This document shows, piece by piece, positions 1 through 12,599 of a DNA stretch of 64,000 nucleotides; within the stretch, counting starts at the first letter, position 1; every line of letters starts with the position of its first letter. The translations under genes and the position numbers were made by a program. The notes beneath the pieces were generated by a model. The model made no database searches, was not told the DNA's origin, and was given only the letters and a program-made list of their open reading frames with translations. Source of the stretch: Glaucostegus cemiculus (taxonomy: Eukaryota); contig CDPCPM010000213.1 in the NCBI GenBank assembly GCA_976551045.1, positions 9,982,001 to 10,046,000 on the forward strand, given 5' to 3'.

Positions 1-1110
1 AAATGCAGTGGTGCACATGAGATTAAAATGTAATGGTTCACTAAAGGTTAAAATACAATTCCATGTATAAGGGAAGAACTCTTTATGTTTCAGATCTTCT
101 GTGCAACTTTTTTATTATGTTTTGATGACCCACCTTTTATAGGGAATAGAACTGCCATTTTAAAATCCACTGTCTTCAGATATTTGTGTCGAAAATGATT
201 AGTTTTGACTTACAGGGCACCAAATGTACCTACTTGTATTTTTATACAAGAACAAGTTGTAACATTCCATTTGGTTGGTTGCAGTCTGTTGCAAATAACT
301 TGTGCTGTAGGTAAGTGCTTCATTGGGCTGAGGTGATGCAAGTGAGCTGTAAAACCAAGAAATTCTGCAGTTTGCTGTAGTTTTATATTTGAATGGACAA
401 TTTCGCATAACTTCTTTCTATGCCAAGTTATCTTTTGTTTGGTTTGGAGAGTAGTTTGTTCTGGCCATTTACAATATTCTAACTTGGCATTCAGCAATTT
501 TTTCTGTTTTATGGATTAAAAGTTCCCTCTTGGTTCAGAGTGGTATAATGATTTAAAGTTGAAGGTGTTTCCTCAAGACCCATATCACCTTTCTACTTGG
601 GGAAATGTAGTTAAACAGAATATGAAATATTTTTCAAAGCTTCAAAGTATGGAAATTTATTTTTGTACAGTTTTTGTACAGTTACACTTCAGTGAAGGGA
701 AAGGAGTGCCAAATGGGAGGGAAAAATGTGCTTCAACAGGTCACTTAATGAAAAAATTATCTTGCAGAGTATGAAACAAAAAAAAGGTGCCTTTTTGTTT
801 TCTAGTTACTTACTACAGTGGACTTGATGCTACATTCCAAACTCGTAAAAAGGCACATTTTGTTTTGAACTCGGATTGTGTGTGTTTTTTGGAGTTAAGG
901 CTTCAAATTATGCTCTTCAGTTGTTTGAGGAAATGTAACTCATCATTGCATCATCTATGCAACTTATCCTAGTTTTGTATCATTCAGGTGGATGTCTTTT
1001 TTACAAAAAAAAAGTCCACACATTTGAAAAGATCTTGTATTAAAAGTTTTTTTTTGCATGTTTCAAATGTACTTTGGAATTGTAACTACAAATAGAAATT
1101 CTGTTCTGTG
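1..1110 (+). other. Probable distal 3' UTR of a convergent plus-strand gene (GJC1 expected from human ADAM11-GJC1 synteny)
   Basis: Repeat-free, U-rich, many TGTA motifs, ATTAAA near 1039. Gene identity is synteny inference only. Confidence 0.3.
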
Positions 1111-1339
1111 AATTGTCTCTCTCTTCTTGCGCTGGAGTGATGTGTGAGAAAAACACAAAATAGTACTTTTCAATACTTGTGCAACTTCCATGTGAGGTTT
1201 AATGGGGGAAGTGACTTGTATACAGTGGGATTGTTACCAATCCATATATCTTCAACAATATTAAATTTATTCCTATTTGTAAGAGTTTCACATCAGACAT
1301 TGTTTTCTGTGTATTTGGCCTCCGTGAAGTTAAATTTGA

Positions 1340-2420
1340 GACCCAAAGTAAAATACAACAAAATGCTGCAAATCCTGAAATGAAACAGAAAATGCTCTAA
1401 ATACTCTGCAGGCCAGGCAGCATCTGCAGGATTAATGTTTTGAGTCAATGAGAGTGCATCAAAGTTGGGGAAAAGTTGCAAATTTTAAGCTGAAGGAGGT
1501 GGTAGAGGCAGATAAAATTACAACATTGAAAACTCATTTAGACAGATACTTGGACATCAAAGCACAGGGATATGGGTCTAAAGCAGGCAAATGGGATTAG
1601 CGTAGGTGGGCATCATGGTTGGCGTGGACAAGGTGGACCTGAAGGACCTATTTCTGTGCTAAACAATTCTATGAAAATTGCAGAGGGTTTGGAAAAAGGT
1701 TTGAGTTGCTCTGGAAAAGAGCCTTCTGGAAGAAGAAATTCCTTGTCATCAATCTTAAATGGCAGTCCAAATGAAAGGTCTTGACCTGAAACGTCAACTG
1801 AATATTTCCCTCCATAGATGCTGCCTGACCCACTGTTTCCTCCAGTCCTTTGTGTGTTGCTCCAGATTCCAGCAGCTGCAGTCTCTTGTGTATCAATCTG
1901 AAATGGATGTTCCTCTATCATGAGACTGTGTCCCTTGGTTTTAGAATCCCCCCAACACTGGGAAACATCCTCAGGGGATTGACCCACAGAATCTAACATT
2001 TTTTTTACCTCGTTGATCTCTTCTAAACTCTAGAGGTCTTAGACTCATCCTCTTGGGACAACTGCTTCATCCCAGGAGTCGACTTAGTCACTGCACTGTC
2101 TCTAAGGCAAGTATCTTCTTAAATGAGGCCAAAACTGCACACAGTACTCCAGATGTGAATTCACCAAAGCACTATACAGCTGCGGCAAGACTTCCCACTT
2201 CTGTATTTCACCTCTTGCAATAAAGATTCTGTCTGTGTTAATTACTTGCTGTACTTGCATGCTAATTTTGTTTCTTGTATGAGGACACCCAGATCTCTGA
2301 GCTCTTTAGTCTCTTGCTGTATAAATATTTGGTTTTTAAAGTGACTATCCCATTTTTCATTGTTATATTCCACCAGCTGCCTTCTGCACACTTGCATGAT
2401 ATGTCTGTATCCCTTCGCAG
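1340..2420. mobile_element. Cluster of decayed Penelope-like tails and CR1 fragments
   Basis: gatgctgcctgacc...tgtgtgttgctccagattccagc motif (about 1770-1895) with an inverted copy (about 1340-1450); CR1 tail at about 1520-1670; minus-strand CR1 RT remnants at about 1900-2420. Confidence 0.6.
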
Positions 2421-2594
2421 ACCTTTTATAGAATCATAGACCAATTTTAGCATGGAAACAACTTGGTGGGCTGAAGGGCCTGTTTTGTGCTATATTGTTC
2501 TATGGAAACAGACCCTTCACTCCATGTCTCCACTGACCATCAACCATCCATTTTACTCTAATCCTAAATTAATCCCACTTTTTTTTCTTAAATA

Positions 2595-2877
2595 CAGGAA
2601 GTCCCCGGGTTACAAACAAATTCCATTTTTGAGACTGGTTGTAACCCGATTTTTAAAAATTTTTTTTTATGTAACTCAGAGCGGGCTGTGAGCATGCGCA
2701 CTTGGGCCAGGGATCGCAGCAGCAAATGGCCCCAGCCTCGCATGCGCACTTGGCCCGGGGTTGGGCCAAAGAAGGTGTACCGCTGCTGTGCTCCTGGATC
2801 GGGAGTTGGGCCCGCTTATTAACTGACCACTAAGGTTGGTCTGTAAGTATGGGTGTTTGTAAGTTGGGGACTTCCTG
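2595..2877. mobile_element. Tc1/mariner-superfamily (Tigger/pogo-like) MITE
   Basis: 24-bp terminal inverted repeats CAGGAAGTCCCC...TTACAAACA (3 mismatches) flanked by TA target duplications (2593-2594, 2878-2879); nested in a SINE/LINE-tail element. Confidence 0.85.
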
Positions 2878-3302
2878 TACTCTGCACATTCTCATCACTT
2901 CCCCTGGATTCTATCACCCATTTGCACACCAGGGGCAATTAACAGTGGCCAATTAGCCTACCAACCCACATGTCTTTAGGATGTCAGAGGATCCAGAAGA
3001 AACCCATGTGGTCACGGAGAACATGCAAACTCCACACTGACAGCGGCCGACATGATTGAATCTGTATCTTTTATATCATTAACTTACTTTCCCACTTATT
3101 TTTGCCTTTGCAGCAAGATTAGGCTGCAGTACAGGAGTGTCTTCATTTAAGACAGAGACATAAATTGTAAATAGTCAAGGTCTCAGTGGTGGTTCCTGTG
3201 GCTCACCACTAGTTACAGGTTGCAAACCTGAAAATGGCCTAATTCCTATCGTGAGCCCTTGTGAGGTAACCTTTTGCACCATGTTCAAAAGTGCTGAAAG
3301 AA

Positions 3303-3577
3303 GATATTTATTATTCATGTACATCAAAACACACGGTGAAATGCATCTTTTTACGTTACTGAGAATGTGTTGGGGGCAGTCTGCAAGTGTCGCCACTCTT
3401 CCAACGCCAACACTGCATGCCTTCAGCTCCTAACCTGTATGTCTTTGGAATGTGGGAGGAAACTGGAGCACCCGGAGGAAACCCACGGAGAGTACGTACA
3501 AGCTCCTTACAGACAGTGGTGGAACTGAACCTGGGTTGCCGGCACTAATAGCTTTATGCTAACTGCTACACTACCAT
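3303..3577 (-). mobile_element. tRNA-derived SINE
   Basis: Same family as 11220-11488 and 62110-62358 (gtctttggaatgtgggaggaaac..gagcacccggaggaaacccac); tRNA-like head on the minus strand. Confidence 0.8.
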
Positions 3578-5124
3578 AAGAAGTCCTTGGATTGAATAAT
3601 TAGATGATGTTGAATAATTAGCATTTAATAATTGGATTTATATTTTCTGGCTAATGGAGATAGTAAAATCATGCTTAATTCCCTAATTAACTATGTTGCT
3701 AAGACTTGGGCTACTCAGATGCTCCAAAATGGAGCTGATAAATGTAGCAGCTCATTGAACTGTCCCCTTTAGGCTGCCCAACAGCTTACTCATTCAGCAC
3801 TTTGCCTGTTTTACACCCTGAAAATTGTGTTAAGGGTTCATCAGTTTCTATCTCAATGTTTAACATGATCTTGATTTTTTTATTTTACGGTGTAAATTTT
3901 TTAATTTTACGGTGGTGCAGCCAATGTTTCACAGCTCTAGGGACCTGGGTTCAGTCGTGATGCTTGGGTGGTGTTCGTGTGTCTGCCTGTTCACAATGTG
4001 CTGGATTCTGCTCTGTGCTTTGCTTTCTTCCCATCTGCCAGAGATGCACTGGTATACTAACTGGCTATTGTAAGGAAGTGGCAAGAGGGTTAAAAGGTTA
4101 GTTGATGGACATGAGGGAGAAAATAAGTTGCCGTGGTCAGGGAATGGGACTGACGGGAGCGGTCTTGGGTTAAATGGCCTCCAATTTGGTAATAAGGAAA
4201 ATGTTTCATCTGGCCTGCAGATTACCAGCACTGTCATTGATGTAAACAACATTATTTTTAGTATTCAACTTTGCGGTTCTGGAAAAGAACCAGTTTCAAA
4301 TTATGACTTATCAGCTGAAGTATGTTAAATATAATGAGGCTTGACATTTGAGTTGTATCAAAGCTTAACAGATAGGAAGTTGTTTGTACTAGTGTCAAAC
4401 TTTTGCACAGGAAGGGGAAATAGCAAAATGACAGCTTTTTGAGCAAGCATATTATTTATTTGATACTCAAAAGCACACAAAAATTACTACTGTAAGGAAC
4501 ATGAAAGTATTGCACATAAAGGATAAAACAGTTATGGCAACACCAAATTATTTAAACAGAGCTAGTCAGCTACAGGACTGAGGATAACAAATATAATAGA
4601 GCACTAATTCATTTCAGTGAAGGCAACCGGTCAAAGATATAAAATGTTGGATACAAACTTAGTAGATAGGAGAGATCCTGAAGTCTTTCTGGACTTTTAA
4701 TTTTGGATGGGAAAAGGACATTGGTTGTGGATGTTTATAGTGCAAACCTTAATTCATTGCTTAAAATGCCCAACATATACTTTGTTCACAATTTCTTCCA
4801 ATATGAGTTGATTTTGTATTATATCCAACAAGAACAGAATTGCCCCAAAACAAGATTAATACCTTAGGTGAACAGACACATTATATATTAAAATTAATCA
4901 ATTTGCAGTATCAACCTTTCTGATATCACTGCAAGGTTACAACATCGAGCTGGGCTTTGCTTGGCCAAGGAAATTGTGGAGGACATCAATGTTCTGAAGC
5001 AAAGTCAGGTGAGAAGTATGAATTGTGGTAGAGATTTTTCTGCTTCTGATACTTTTACTACATGGTCTCATGCAAAACTGAAACTATGTTCCTCTCTATT
5101 TATAAAGACAATCCATATTATTTT

Positions 5125-5630
5125 CCCTGTGTCATTTGGCATGGAAACAGGCCATTTGGCACACCACATCCAGGCCGACCAGTGGGCCCCATCTGTTTTA
5201 ATCCTGTCTTCCAGTACTTGGCCTGTAGCTTTCTATGCCTGGGTGGTTCAAGTGCTTGTCCAGACACTTAAGTGCTGTCAGTGACTTTGCTTCCATCACT
5301 GTGTGCATGCCAGGTACTCACTACTGTGGGTGGAGAAAGGTTCCCCTTTAAATATCTTCCCTCTTCCCCTTCCTCTAGTTTTATTCTCCTCTGATAAGGG
5401 GAAGGGTTTCCCGCTATCTAGACCATTCATAACTGTATATGTCTCAATCTTGTACCCTCTTATCCTCCGATCCAGGGAAAACAGTTTTTCCTCAAAGTAA
5501 AACGTTCCAGTGTGCAGGACAGGTCTTGCCCCAGCCAACATCTTGGTGAATCTCCTCTGCACCCTCTCCAGCGCCGTCACATTGTTTCTCTAGTGTAGTG
5601 ACCAGAAATGTATGCAGTACTTCCACTGAG
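5125..5630 (-). mobile_element. CR1-type LINE 3' fragment
   Basis: ALERVQRRFTKML...FSL..RR.RG..IETY ORF2 motifs. Confidence 0.8.
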
Positions 5631-6744
5631 GTCTGGCAATGTTCTCGTGATTGTGAAATTCAATATTTTTATATTTGGTTGGGGGGGAGCCAGAAACAGA
5701 AATGTGCATTTATGAAACAGAGTGGTTCTGAAATGATATCAATACAAAGTTCACCCTACAACTATGTGGTTTTCTTATGATTTTTGCTTTGATTCTTGAG
5801 CTCTTCACAAATTCTGCTGTTTGACGGGGAGAAAAAAAAAGAGGGATTTGAAATGTCAAGATTATTTGACATTCACCTATATTTAAGAGATCATCTGATT
5901 AAAGGGGTCTCAAAAACCATTACAAATCTTATGAGTGAATCATTTTAACCCGTGTTTCCCAATACATAAAGCTGCCTTTTATCTAAATTATTAACCAATT
6001 TCTAAATTTCTAATAATTTTTGAACATGTTTTTTTAAAAGTACCAAAATTATCAAAAAGATTAAATGAGAAACATCTGACAAGTATCAGACAATATTTCT
6101 CATATACCAGCACCACAAAACTCTCTAATTTTCTCCTCTTGTCCATTTGATTCACTGCTCTCTCTTCCTATACAACACTCCTAGCAACTTTTTTTTAACT
6201 AACCGAATCGGGCTTAATAATGGGTGATGGTCTTCAGTCCTCAGCTGAAAGACATCTTGGGATGTCTTTGGTTTCTGGGTGTGCAGTCATATTCAGGAGT
6301 ATTGGGTCTGCTGAGGGTTGGGTGAAGGCACATCTGACTGGCTGCTCTGCTAGACCTACCATTGAGTCCAGAGCAGTGATGTGCCGAAGAGGGAGTCCTG
6401 CTGCATGTTACAACCAGGTACAGCTTTATGCCGGGGAAGGCAGTCCCACTGTCTAGTCAAGCAGCAGCCTAACAATGATACACCGGACACCACCTTCACA
6501 ATCCTTGGGTCATTGTGCCCCAAGAACAGGGCAGACCTATAGGATGTGGCAGCAGTGGTACACCCAATGTATTATTTTTATTGTTACACCTGCATGATAT
6601 TCCATATTTTGTTCCATTATCAAATATAATTCCATGTTAGGTGCATTTTAATGTCTTTGTAATTAATAAGTTTTAACATTCTATTTCCATAGGTCTCCCA
6701 TTATCTGATTAACAGCCTCAACTTGCTATCCTTGGAATCACAGT

Positions 6745-7035
6745 CGTACAGCATGGAAGGCGGCTCTTCAGCCCATTGAGTCAATACCGATAAGCACTCA
6801 TTTATACTAATCCTACTTTTATTTCCATCAACTCCTTCCAGACTCTGCCCCTCACCTATAGTCCAGGGCAGTTTACAGCAGCCAATTAACTTATCAACCT
6901 GCATGTCTTTGGGATGTGGGATGAAGCCAGAGCAGTCACAGAGAGTATGTGCAAACTCCACACAAATAGCACCATAGTTTGGCGGCTGAAGCTGGATCAC
7001 TGGAACTGTGAAGCAGCACCTCTACCAGCTCCAGT
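6745..7035 (-). mobile_element. Decayed SINE
   Basis: gccaattaac...gcatgtctttgggatgtggga...tgcaaactccacacaaa motif. Confidence 0.65.
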
Positions 7036-7329
7036 CTGTTGCCCTAAATACAAACTTCCAAAAAGACATACATCCTGTTTTCTAAGTAAAAAGTGGCTGC
7101 CAGTGTTTTTCTGCTGGAGAATTTGCCACCAACTAATCAAACTTCTCTGCAGGTTTATTTTCTAATCGGGCTATTGTTTCAAGATCCGCCTTAATTTGGC
7201 ACTTGTATGGTCACTGCATCATAAATGACTGCTACTTCCTCATTTAAAAGGAATACCTGAAGTTACTTCATAATTGATAAATGAACATGTTACCTGCATC
7301 CAAACAAGAAAATGGAAGAATTACCTGTA

Positions 7330-7689
7330 TTAAATTTGAATTGCAATGTTCTTGCCGATGATAGTTTTGCGTTTGCCTAGTCCGTGAGTTCTTCCCAGAA
7401 CACAATCCACATAGATATCCCAGAACATTTGGGCTAAATCCCAGAAGAGGTATCTGTGCTGTGGTGTTCTGGACTCTCTCAGGTATATCAGGAATTTCCA
7501 CAGCTCTTGCACATTCTCAACCACATTTATGTGTTTTGTTTCTACAAGGGCAAGCAATGACATATCAAAGCATTGGTTGTCCACTTCGCCTTTGGACAGT
7601 AAATCTATTGCTTTAAGAGGGGATCCATGAATGCGAGGAAATAGCAACAAGATGAGGAAAACCATCAGGAGGTATGAGTGTCCAAACAT
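7330..7689 (-). CDS. FAM237A-like: FAM237 / neurosecretory protein GL-GM (NPGL/NPGM) family neuropeptide precursor, 119 aa
   Basis: ATG at 7689 immediately after a ttttcag acceptor (+1 nt). Hydrophobic signal peptide MFGHSYLLMVFLILLLFPRIHG. Family signature DxQC...W.F..YL..S....H..LFWDLAQ.FWDIYVDCVL.R.HGL-GKR (two Cys, amidation Gly plus dibasic site). Minus-strand AATAAA at 7154-7159. Confidence 0.92.
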   Translation of the reverse strand: MFGHSYLLMVFLILLLFPRIHGSPLKAIDLLSKGEVDNQCFDMSLLALVETKHINVVENVQELWKFLIYLRESRTPQHRYLFWDLAQMFWDIYVDCVLGRTHGLGKRKTIIGKNIAIQI

Positions 7690-9739
7690 GCTGAAAATAT
7701 AATAGCTGAGAGTAAGTTGCTTTTTCTCAGTAAACAATTTTTATCTTGGAGGTGAACAACATTTATTTATTCACAAAAGCAAACCCATTAGCTCTATCTT
7801 TTTGCTCTGTAGAATTGAAACCAATCTGTTGATGTACACTAAATGCTTCATAGAATCATTACAGAAACAGGCCATTTGACCCAACAAATTCATGCTTTGC
7901 ATGAACTCTTTGTGTAACTCCATTAATAAACGCTTAAGTTTCTTTCTCCATGTTTATAAAGGTTCACCTTGCTCCTTCACTTAACTACTCCTTAAAAGTT
8001 CTGTATTCTGACAATTCTGTATGATGAGGTTTCTTCTAAACTCTGTACTGTACTTATTAATGAATTCTATATATTCATAGCCCCACCACTGGCTGTGTAC
8101 AAGTTAGTACATTTTTTTCTGTCTACCCTATTACATTTTTGTTAATAATCTTAAAGTCCGCTCCCAGCCTACCTCTCAGTTTTCTCTAAACACAAGCCTA
8201 TTGAACATCTGTCCTATATTATAGACATTTTTTTTTGCACTTTTGCCCTTCTATTATAATGTAAACTGTTCACGGTACGTGTCCAATCATGGATCTAAAC
8301 AGACTTTACATAACTTATGTGCTTTTCAATTAAATCCATCCGGAATCGAACCCATCTTACTTTATTTTACAACACCCTGATAAACCTGCATTCTACTTCA
8401 ACCAATTTTGTCTAATTTCTCCCACCTCCCCTAGATTCCATTTCTTCGAATTAATTTAAAAACTTGCATTCCAGAGACTGATGTGGCCTTATTCTAAATG
8501 CTAAAGCTGAACCAGTTCAGTTATTTTGAGATTCACTTGATAATTATGCATCCATTCCATAGATTAATACTTTTCTGCAATCTTCCGTACTCTTTTGAAC
8601 TTGAAATGAAATAATTTTTAAGAAAGCAATGACATCCGAATGATTCTTGTTAAACATAGCCTCTTAATGTTTGTATCTAACTTTAACCCTCACTCTGTCA
8701 TCCGTTTTGTTCCAAGTTCAGTATGCAATTGCCTATTTGTCCCCTGACTACATTTCATCTTGGTCTGATAAGTGGTGGATTAATGAATATTTCCGGCAAT
8801 TAAAAAAGATTATGTTCACTGCTCTTATGTACACTTTCTGTTATTTCTTCAAAGAATTGTACAGAATAGAGAAAAGCTACTCAGTTCCATTCATTGAAAG
8901 AACTATTTAATCTATTCCCCGGTCCTTTCCTTGTGTTTTGTTTTAAAAATAAAATTAACATGAAATTCCAAAGATTAGGAATTTTTGCCTACTTGACACA
9001 TGGCTAAAGAACTGCAATTTGGGAAAATTCTGTATACATACACAAGCCCTGCTATTGTTTCTGCTTGGATCAGAAACAATGATGAAAATACAATAGAGAT
9101 TTCATCTCGGAATCTTTTATACTGAGCTTCCATAAGCTTTGTATTTACTTGGTTTAGCCATGTTATAAAACTAGATAAAGAAGTCAATTAGGATTGAATG
9201 GACCAATTTATTCAGGCTGTCATGAATAAATAAGTTGGCTATTCTTGTTTAGACTCAAAACCTAGTTAAAAATCAGTTGTGGGACCTTCCTTATACTTTA
9301 ATTTCTTTTCAAGTATATATTTGCATACATGCAGAAATTTTAGGAATAGGTTAATGCTTTTTGAAAATCAATTTAAGAACTCAATAGTGATTAGTGGAGC
9401 CTCAAGTAAACCACAAACTATTTTAAGTATGAACTTTTCAAAATAGATATCAGGAAAAAACTTCATTTTCATAAATATTTCTAAAATCTTCAGTACACTT
9501 TTAAACTGCATTAATTTCAGTGTTGTTATCAGTCCTGCAAAATAATGCCTTAAAGAAGAAAAGTATATAAATAGATAATTCTGTGTAACTTGGTAACAAT
9601 CTTAGTGATTGCTATTCAGTTTAAAGAAAATGATTTTAAAATCTAAAGCATTGATTAGAATTTTTGATTTAAAAACTAAAGCATTTCTCAGAATATATCC
9701 ATTTCATTCTCTATATCCCTGTAGTTGAAATACCCTTAC

Positions 9740-9840
9740 CTTTGGAATAGTCTTTGTTTTGTCCCCTCTCTCTTCCTCTGGGTTGCTTCGCTTTTTTTAT
9801 CTTCTCTTTCCATTATGAGAGGCAATTTTACTCTGCGTCA
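9740..9840 (-). promoter_or_regulatory. Candidate promoter and non-coding first exon of the FAM237-like gene
   Basis: Minus strand: CRE-like TGACGCA (9834-9840), TATA-like GATAAAA (9795-9801), then a strong donor AAG|gtaagg at 9740/9739 that could splice to the acceptor before the ATG. Confidence 0.4.
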
Positions 9841-9890
9841 AAAGTGCGTTTGACATGGTCACCACTTGTGTTTTATCCTATAAGAAAATA

Positions 9891-9969
9891 GCACCCAAAG
9901 CCTCTATTACAATCCAACAAACTACTGCACCCAAAACCTCTATTACAATCAAACAAACTACTGCACCCA
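9891..9969. repeat. 36-bp tandem duplication (about 2.2 copies)
   Basis: gcacccaaa.cctctattacaatc.aacaaactact occurs twice. Confidence 0.9.
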
Positions 9970-11219
9970 CTCTGTGGTATGTTCTGCCCTAATTAGCTTG
10001 GTTATCAGGACAATTGCTTTTGTACAATCCACCAATCAACTCCACTCACAAGTTTCCTAAGTGATCTGATTTTGTTAATCAAATTTAGAACAAAACTGCA
10101 ACACTGCTGGAGCAAAACGAGATCTCCAGAAACACTTATTTTGAACAGGGGGGAGACAAAAATGCACACAAAATAAACCATTAACATAGTTTAAAAAAGG
10201 AACCAGTTCTGTTACTTGAAGTCCATGTCCCCTGTACAATACAGACATGTACCATAATACAGCCTTTTGCTTTTCACCCCGGATATGTCAGTGTATAACT
10301 CTGTGTCTACAGGTTCTTATACATTGCTTACATTGTACTGTGTATGTTGTTCATCTCTTTCTGTATATTCAGCAGTTGATTTAGGGATCTCCTGTGTAAA
10401 TTGTTAAGGATCCTCGGAGCTATTATGTATTTTTGGTCCAAATAGATTTTATCAAATCTACTAACAAAGAAACCTGCAATAATCAATTTCAATTGATCTT
10501 AATGACTCATAGATATTTGAAATGATGATATTCATTTTTACATTTGCACACATATATTCTATGCATTGGCAACTGAAAGACAAATGCTCATGTGACATCT
10601 TCCAGATGGTTCCAAAGATTGAGACAATTGAACTAGGATATGCAAAATAGGCATAGCATTCATGCTTTCTTGAAATAACTATTCACTGGGGAGTGGTATT
10701 GTGTTAGTATGCTGATTGTTAAAGCTACTTAAAGTGGATGAGCAATGTATGGTCACATCTACCAGAAGAACAGGTAAATATTTATGGCTGGAATGCATTG
10801 GTCCATATCACATATGATCAACCAGTCTTTGCAACTGCATCTCTAATCTTTCTTGTCTTTCTATATTTCTTACCCTTTTTAGTCAAGTCGAGACCTATCA
10901 ACTGCTTGGTTATTGATCACTTTTTCTTTGGCATCCTTCAGGTAGAGGATGACCTGCCTCCACTCCAGTTCTGTGGTTCTAAGTTGGACGATGAGGTCCA
11001 TGTGGGATTTGCAGGCCCTGGGCCCTGTCATGGGGGACAGGAATTACTTGATGGAGAGGAGAGGTGAGTAGTTTGGAAGGTGGTGTCCCTTTCCCAATGT
11101 CTGTGTTAGGCTTTCTTGTTTCCTCCACCCACCCACCAACCCCCCCCCCCCCAACCCCAACACATAGACTTAAGGTTCTCAATGCTATCCCAAATGTGCC
11201 TTTTTCATTGTGAACAGAT

Positions 11220-11488
11220 ACAATATCTTTATTAGTACATCAAAACACACAGTGAAATGCATCTTTTGCATAGTGTGTTCTGGGGGCAGCTTGTAAGTGT
11301 CGCCACGCTTCCGGCGCCAACATAGCATTGCCCACAACTTCCTAACCCGTATGTCTTTGGAATGTGGGAGAAGACTGGAGCGCTCGGAGGAAACCCACGC
11401 AGACATAGGGAGAATGTAGAAACTCCTTGCAGACAGCAGTGGGAATTCAACCCATGTCACTGGCACTGTAATAGCGTTATGCTAACCA
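11220..11488 (-). mobile_element. tRNA-derived SINE
   Basis: Well-preserved copy of the 3303-3577 family. Confidence 0.85.
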
Positions 11489-12599
11489 GACATGGGCCAG
11501 TAATTCCCATAATCACAAGGTATGTTGCTCTCTTTCAGGAAGTCTTTGAGAACATCGTACAATTGCTTCCTCTGGCTGTTTGGCAATCTTTTTCTGTGTT
11601 GTAGTTCAGGGTAAAGTATCTGCTTTGGGAATCCGGTGTTGGATATGTGAATGACATGGCCTGCCCATCAGTGGCAAGGGCCCCAGTGCTGGGTACACTG
11701 TGCTGGACTGACGTAGGTTGCTAATCCTGCCAGTAGATTTAGAGATGGTGTTATCCCTGCAGTACTTTGAAGTGCTTGTTGCATGTAGTCCATGTCTTAG
11801 AAGCACATAGGATAGGCATCACTGCTGCCCAGCGGATCATGGGCATTGTGCAGGTTTGTGGTGTTGACCTTCAATCTCTGCTTTTCCTTCATATGACCAA
11901 AGTTTGCAGTGGTGAACTGAAAACAGCAGTGAATTTGATCATTGATGCCTGAATTCACTGAGAGGCAGGCCTTGAATTCAATGTGATGTGGGCTTACTGT
12001 ATCATTCCACCATCTTTATTCACCTTCTGGTACAATTAATAATATTGACTGTCATTCTTCTCTAGCCTTTATCCTCATTATCCTACTGTTTATGGTAGGA
12101 TCATGTAGGCCTCAGCTCACACGATCACCTCCGATGTACCCTTAATTCTTATTCCTGATCCCATCATCCATCTGTTCTATCCCTCTATGCATGGTGTCAA
12201 CTGCCACACCTACGTTGCAGGCATCTGTCTTTGGTTCCACTGCCTGAAACAATTCAATTACTTTTGTCAGATTTTCCATTTTGACATCAAGCTAGATAAC
12301 CCAATATTTCACAATCTAAAATCTCCATACCCAAAGTCATCCTGTTCACCAACCAGGTGGCATTTATGTACATTTAGCCATGGCTACATTCAGTGGCTCA
12401 CCTTTTTGGATCTGACATGCAGAAACCAGGGGTTCATCCCCACACCCACTGCAGCAGAACTATTTTCTGCTACATCTTTGCCTTTTCTGCATGCAAACTC
12501 TGCATCCATGCCCTGGGTGAAGGGTTTCCTTTGCTCCAACCTGGCATTCCTTTTCACTTTCCATAAATTAAGATCCACTCCAAATGTCGTGGCTCTGAC

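Noticed and set aside
7690-7737. 16-aa N-terminal extension in the ORF track (MFTEKKQL...)
   Set aside because: It starts at a non-ATG codon and runs through a splice acceptor; the real start is the ATG at 7689.
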